In this document: piece by piece, positions 59,223-64,000 of the stretch
Numbering within the stretch: the stretch's first letter is position 1
How the letters are laid out: the number at the start of each line of letters is the position of its first letter
Source of the DNA: Tubiluchus corallicola
Taxonomy: Eukaryota > Animalia > Priapulida
NCBI GenBank assembly: GCA_030141605.1
Contig: JAQGDQ010000003.1
Location: forward strand, 1,178,001 to 1,242,000
DNA: 64,000 nucleotides
Reading direction: 5' to 3'
The notes under the pieces: model-generated
Seen by the model: the letters and a program-made list of their open reading frames with translations, nothing else
Told to the model about the DNA's origin: nothing
The model's database searches: none
Position numbers and translations under genes: made by a program

Positions 59223-62200
59223 ACCTTTTAATCTTTATAGTCAGCAATAAATTAAACAAACAACAAGCACTTTATCGCCGACTGAAAACAACAAACTCAC
59301 TTCTACATAACAGAGATTATTATCGCCCCACTGTTACCCTAAATACCACACGCCTAACAACCAGCAGCAGCTATCATTTTTTAGTTTTTAGAAAGCAAAC
59401 CCGTTCCGTCTAGTTCCGTCTAGTCAATAATAAGTTTAATAGATGGCGACACTAATGCTTGAAACAGGTTGGTTTATTGCATAAAACGTGTTGTTTTCTA
59501 ATGACAACGAATGGTAGTATCACAAACTGGTGCGCATTTAAAATTCCCTAGTTACTGCATCGCTATATTAGCATCTTTACTTCTCGTCTCGCATCATGGA
59601 TGTATATACTGTCGTCTATTGATCTGAGCTGCCTAAACGTTTTAAACCTGAAACTCGATTTCAGTTTGGTCAGATTGTGCATAATAAATGCAGATTAATT
59701 ATAGGAGCTTTTCTGTTTATTCACAAGGGATTTACAAGGAACAGACCGTTATGTTTGAGTTTACTACAACGATACCGGAGTAGTTGATCGTCAATAGATT
59801 GAATGGAAATTGCCCCAGTGACATGATGGTGCTGCTTCAATACACAACCTTTCACCACGTGGTACAGTACCCCGCTGTGATCACGTGATCCTGACCTCTC
59901 ATTCATCTTTCTGCCGCTACTAGCATGCATTATTATAGACCCCTTGGTCCTCTATTGTCCGTAGCGTTTTGTTTGAATTTTAAAAAGTCACTGTGGGCAA
60001 CGGAGCGAGAGTACAAAATAGTGACCTCGGGTCTAGTGAAATCAATAGAGTGGTCAAAATAGACTGGTATTAAAAGAGTGAAAAATTTAGTGTGATGACC
60101 CTTAGGAGGGCTTAACGGTGCAAAGAATGAAAGCGGTATGAAAGTGGTGAAATCTGCAAACCAGTTAATTAACAACTAAACAAAATGAATTCTTATAAAC
60201 ATTATTGTAAAGCTACCCGAATTTAAAATCGTTACAAGAAGGGAATCTCACAAAAAATAATTAAAACACCTATTATTAAGTTTTACCATGAAAACCAAGC
60301 AATTTAACACGATTACGATGTTAACTAATAAGAGAATCCATCAATTAGTTAACTAATTAACCCAACAAAAAATTAACCCTATATGTTAACTTAACCATCA
60401 ACATCTGACTAGTCAGCAGCCACATTAACTCCGAAAAAATGAAAACAAAACACGTTAGGGAATGAAAAATGAAAAACATTGATATTAATTTGGCCTATTA
60501 ATGAATCATAAATTTTTACACAGTAATAAAAAAATAAACAATCATCGGGAATTGAATAAACTTCCTTTTAGCTTGCGTTAGTTACTGATTTTAATTGTTT
60601 TAAAGCCGGTCATAACACCTATTTTTTATCGTAACGTTTTACTAGTGTGCCTCGTGAATTTTTATTGGGTGCTTATATTTTTATTGCACTCATTTTGTAT
60701 TGTAGCGCAGCTGATGACAAAAATTGGTGAATTTCTGCCCTCTACGAATAAATATCATCAGATTGAAACAAATACAATAGACAGATGCTAATTCTCTTTG
60801 TGGACATTCATTTCATTTGCTCACTCGAATGCTCTACTCGTAATTATGGTCACACGTTAAACCGACCATTTGATCTTTTATGAACTATGCTGTGCAATGA
60901 CATTTTTATTTACAAGAGTTTAACGACGTTGTAAAATATGTGTTACGGTAAAGATAGCCTACATATACGCAGTAAATAAGGAAACGTTGTTATACCTGTA
61001 TGTACATTTTTCTACAATAGCCCATATCCATATGTATTGCTTTAAGTTTCATAAATAACCATCTGTTAAAGGGATTGGTAAATGACGTTTAACTGCATCT
61101 ATGTACTTCATATTTCCTGTCCCTGCAGCTATGGCTGTCAACGACACTAAACCTAGTATTTATGTGCCGTTATCCTCACTAATTGTTGCCTTTATACAGG
61201 TTAACCGCACACAAACAAACACCAATGAACGAACCTAAAAAATACGTTCTTTAGTTAAATGTGGATCAACATTGACAACACACAAGAAAAAACATGACAG
61301 TACATTAGCTGTTGAATATTTAGACATTTATTTATAGCGTTTTCAGAAATGTTAATTTGTTTTTAATTTTTTTTATTTCTAGTATTTCTCGGCTTCCAGA
61401 ATCGAATTCAAACAACCATAGGATTCGTAAGGAAACTACTACCTAGTTTTGGGTTTTTAATCTCTTTACAGTTATTATAGTGCTACATATTTCAACTGCA
61501 TTATCATAAGAAATGTATCATTTTGTAGTTGTTTATTCAAAATAAGTATAGAAATGCAGGCATTTCAGTTTGCTTCGTTTTGTTTATTGTTAAAAAGGTG
61601 TTCAAAAAGAAAACGCACTTTAAAAGCATAAATGAAAAAGCGCTGACATTAGCTTTGAAATTTGCTGCTGTTTTCTTGCGCAAAATAATATAATTATTAT
61701 GCATGAAACGTCGCTTATTCTAGTGACATGATTTCACGGTGAAACAGTTTCAATCATCGAAAGGCCTATATAGGACAACATTTACCTATTATGAGTTTCT
61801 TTTATGTCGGTTTCACTCTGTCTATTTTTATAAACTAACGCAAAAAGTAGGTCCAGTGATCACGTGAGTTCAAAGGTGATGCACACGAAGTCACCTTAAG
61901 AACTGAATGAGACAATAAGTATTGCAGTTACTGCGCAGGGCATCGCTTTAAAGGGGAAAAATGGAATTTTAGAGTATATCTAAAGCACTTTCCCTACAAA
62001 ATTACATGAAATACTTATGTAATTGGAAAAGAAAATTCGCGTCAACCAGTAAACAGCAGTGTATAGCCATCTCAGTGTGCACCACTGATTCACCAAAAAG
62101 AACATTATTGATCTTGTTGACAATACAAAGTAATTTAAACTTTGTTAGCGAGGAGTGTGTAGCAAATGCTCTAACTATTTTTTCGAACTTTAAGTAATGT

Positions 62201-62555
62201 TATTTAAACTTGTTTCAAACGACTTACGGTTAAATGGCTACGCCTAACGGTCATCGCGGGTTTTTAAATTTTCATGTTTAATACAACGTTACTACTAATA
62301 CAATCTCTGTATGCAATCAGACAGCATGTAAGTGACATAAAATTTCAAGACGAATTTTGCGCTTTATTTTTGAACAATGTTTTCCTGCACCTTAAACAAA
62401 CAAACAAACAAACAAAAAGCTCATGTTTCTATTGATTAAACGCACTGTGGAATATTTCTGAGGTTACAAATTACAATAACACTCAAATAGTGAGTAGGCA
62501 GTTTGTGGAATAATAAATTGTATAATGTGATGTTTTAAATATGCTCTAGTATCTA

Positions 62556-62572
62556 GCAACAACAACAACAAC

Positions 62573-62634
<62 letters not shown>

Positions 62635-62665
62635 GGACAACGGCAACGGCAACGATGACAACAAA
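62556..62665. repeat. Compound (AAC)n-(GAC)n microsatellite
   Basis: Directly visible. Confidence 0.92.
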
Positions 62666-64000
62666 AACATTTAAAATAACAACCATCGTGAACAACCGCA
62701 AAACATCAACTATAAGAGCAACAGCATTTATACAACACGGCATCAAAAACAACAATACATTTCATATATTGCCATATGAAAATCTTCTAGAGACTACAGA
62801 GTGTTATTTTAAAAAAAAAGACATGATGTAAAAGAAATTTGCCACCATTTACAAAAGTAATTATAACAATGGAATAAATTTCTATTACATAACATACTAC
62901 AGAACCGGTTAAATGCAGTAACTTGACACTGGGATGTCGCAGCCATCTTTAAAGGTTAATGTCTTACATATTATCTCGTTTCACTTTTCCGCATTTTACT
63001 CATTTGTGTGACAATAAACGACAAATGATACAGTGACTTGTCTTGGTTGAACAACCAGCTCGGGGACAAAAGCAAGTTAGCCACTCGCACCACGTATCGT
63101 CACAATTAATGTTATCGTATTTTAGTTCTTATAAATTGAAGCAATTTTTATATATCTAACGTGGCTTTAATCTAATATCTGAACTAACGATTTCATTAAT
63201 TCATTGAAAAAAAACATAAATCATAACCTAATTAGATCTTTCAGTAAAAATTAGCATTAATATTCAAGATAAAATTATTGTTTAAGCATTTACCTTATCA
63301 AACATAATAATTATTATGAAACTCGAACGAAAAGCTGTGATAGCACTCTAAATAAGCCTTCTTCAAATGGCTAAGTCAAATTCAGGTATGCTGGTAATAA
63401 TTGGTCAAATGCTGGTAATAATTGATCTTTTACTATGATTTTGCCTATTTCTTTAAACTAGTATAAGTTTAGGCTGGCTTTTCACTGGTAAAGAAAAAAA
63501 CAATGGAAGAAAAAGGCAAATGATAGAAGGACGAGCAGTGGACAGGGGCTTGGAATGTCTCGAACGGATTAGCGATGTTCGACGTTTCGAATCGAGACTT
63601 AGAATTCATTAATGGCATATACATTACACATACTACAATTACATATATAAAACAAAACAACAACAAAATACAAGAATACAAAACACAGCTATTACATTAT
63701 AGCTATGAAGCCAAAAAACACACATAATAAATAACAAATTTATATAATTTTAGTATAGATACAGTTAGCGTATCATGAAAAAATAATAAGTAATGTTATC
63801 AATATTTACATGTTGGTACTATTTTCTCCTTTTTTAAACACTTAAACATGTAATGGGCGAAATAATCAGTGAATTTCGGCAGGCGCAAGTGGTCAAATTA
63901 GTCACTTCATTTGTAATAATGATTTTATTTGAAAATTTATCCACAATTAGTACTTGAACTTGAGAACTTAAGTTTACAAGGCTAATACGTTATTAACTGC

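Noticed and set aside
63560-63625. Hammerhead-like string on the minus strand (ttaatga...gattcgaaacgtc)
   Set aside because: The core is degenerate, stem II is poor and I could not form stem I.
59400-64000. Short ORFs in the terminal 4.6 kb
   Set aside because: No recognisable motifs or consistent exon chain; treated as intergenic or intronic DNA.

Overview
AT-rich, intron-containing animal (invertebrate-like) genomic DNA. It is not prokaryotic, and I found no CRISPR, rRNA operon or tRNA gene. Manual splice reconstruction gives five protein-coding loci. (1) The 3' end of an SLC5/SGLT-type sodium:solute symporter (+, <1-1771). (2) A complete 12-exon tandem paralogue (+, 4633-12006, 664 aa) with altered sugar-site residues. 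(3) A globin with an intron-free CDS and an N-terminal acylation motif (-, 16385-17056). (4) A ~3244-aa zona pellucida (ZP)-domain membrane protein (-, 18873-32681). One 8.4-kb exon of this gene encodes five copies of a module I do not recognise, two mucin-like tandem arrays and a Gly/Tyr-rich repeat region. (5) A ~2201-aa secreted, low-complexity Ser/Thr-rich protein (-, 46733-54074) built on the same plan of a mini signal-peptide exon plus a giant exon. Loci 4 and 5 may form an undescribed apical-matrix, cuticle or adhesive gene pair. The intergenic DNA holds LINE remnants, a foldback-like element, Helentron-like fragments, a Penelope-like inverted repeat with a decayed hammerhead motif, a templated-insertion scar, a long palindrome and many microsatellites. 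All calls were made by eye; no database searches were run.
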